Of a stretch of 6,312 bases of DNA, positions 6,297 to 6,312 are shown in pieces. The DNA is taken from contig SUPR01000155.1 in NCBI GenBank assembly GCA_005191425.1, forward strand, positions 1 through 6,312, read 5' to 3'. Position numbers and translations under genes: made by a program. How positions within the stretch are numbered: the first letter of the stretch is position 1; each line of letters starts with the position of its first letter. The DNA comes from Candidatus Helarchaeota ASGARD archaeon Hel_GB_B. Its GTDB lineage: Archaea > Asgardarchaeota > Lokiarchaeia > Helarchaeales > HEL-GB-B. The notes under the pieces were generated by a model, which made no database searches, was not told where the DNA came from, and saw only the letters and a list, made by a program, of their open reading frames with translations.

Positions 6297-6312
6297 CTAT
6301 ATAAACTATTTT
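6297..6312 (-). promoter_or_regulatory. Candidate BRE/TATA promoter of the AOR gene
   Basis: The minus strand reads AAAATAG-TTTATATA-G (TATA at 6305-6298), a close match to archaeal BRE + TATA. Confidence 0.45.

Overview
This is a very AT-rich window (about 25% GC by eye, intergenic DNA far lower) with archaeal features. These include TATA-like boxes, probably leaderless starts, an MthK-like channel and a W-AOR-family enzyme. An Asgard-type archaeon is plausible but only inferred. From left to right it holds: the 5' end of a minus-strand ORF running off the left edge; a ZIP-family metal transporter (-); a helical-repeat gene at 1124-1822 (-); a 255-aa hypothetical protein with a CxxC...CCxC metal-binding motif (-); a 420-bp divergent intergenic region with a perfect 2x28-bp tandem duplication; an MthK/Kch-type K+ channel (+); and a convergent aldehyde:ferredoxin oxidoreductase-family gene (-). 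The ORF track splits the helical-repeat gene into two pieces, but it is one 232-codon frame broken by two in-frame TAA codons, both in the middle copy of a 3x25-aa repeat at positions that are Glu/Gln in the sister copies. The K+ channel has a perfect internal AGGAGGT Shine-Dalgarno site and in-frame ATG just before its RCK domain. No mobile element, CRISPR array or RNA gene was recognised. I found no clearly new multi-gene system; the strongest leads are the interrupted repeat gene and the internal start in the channel.
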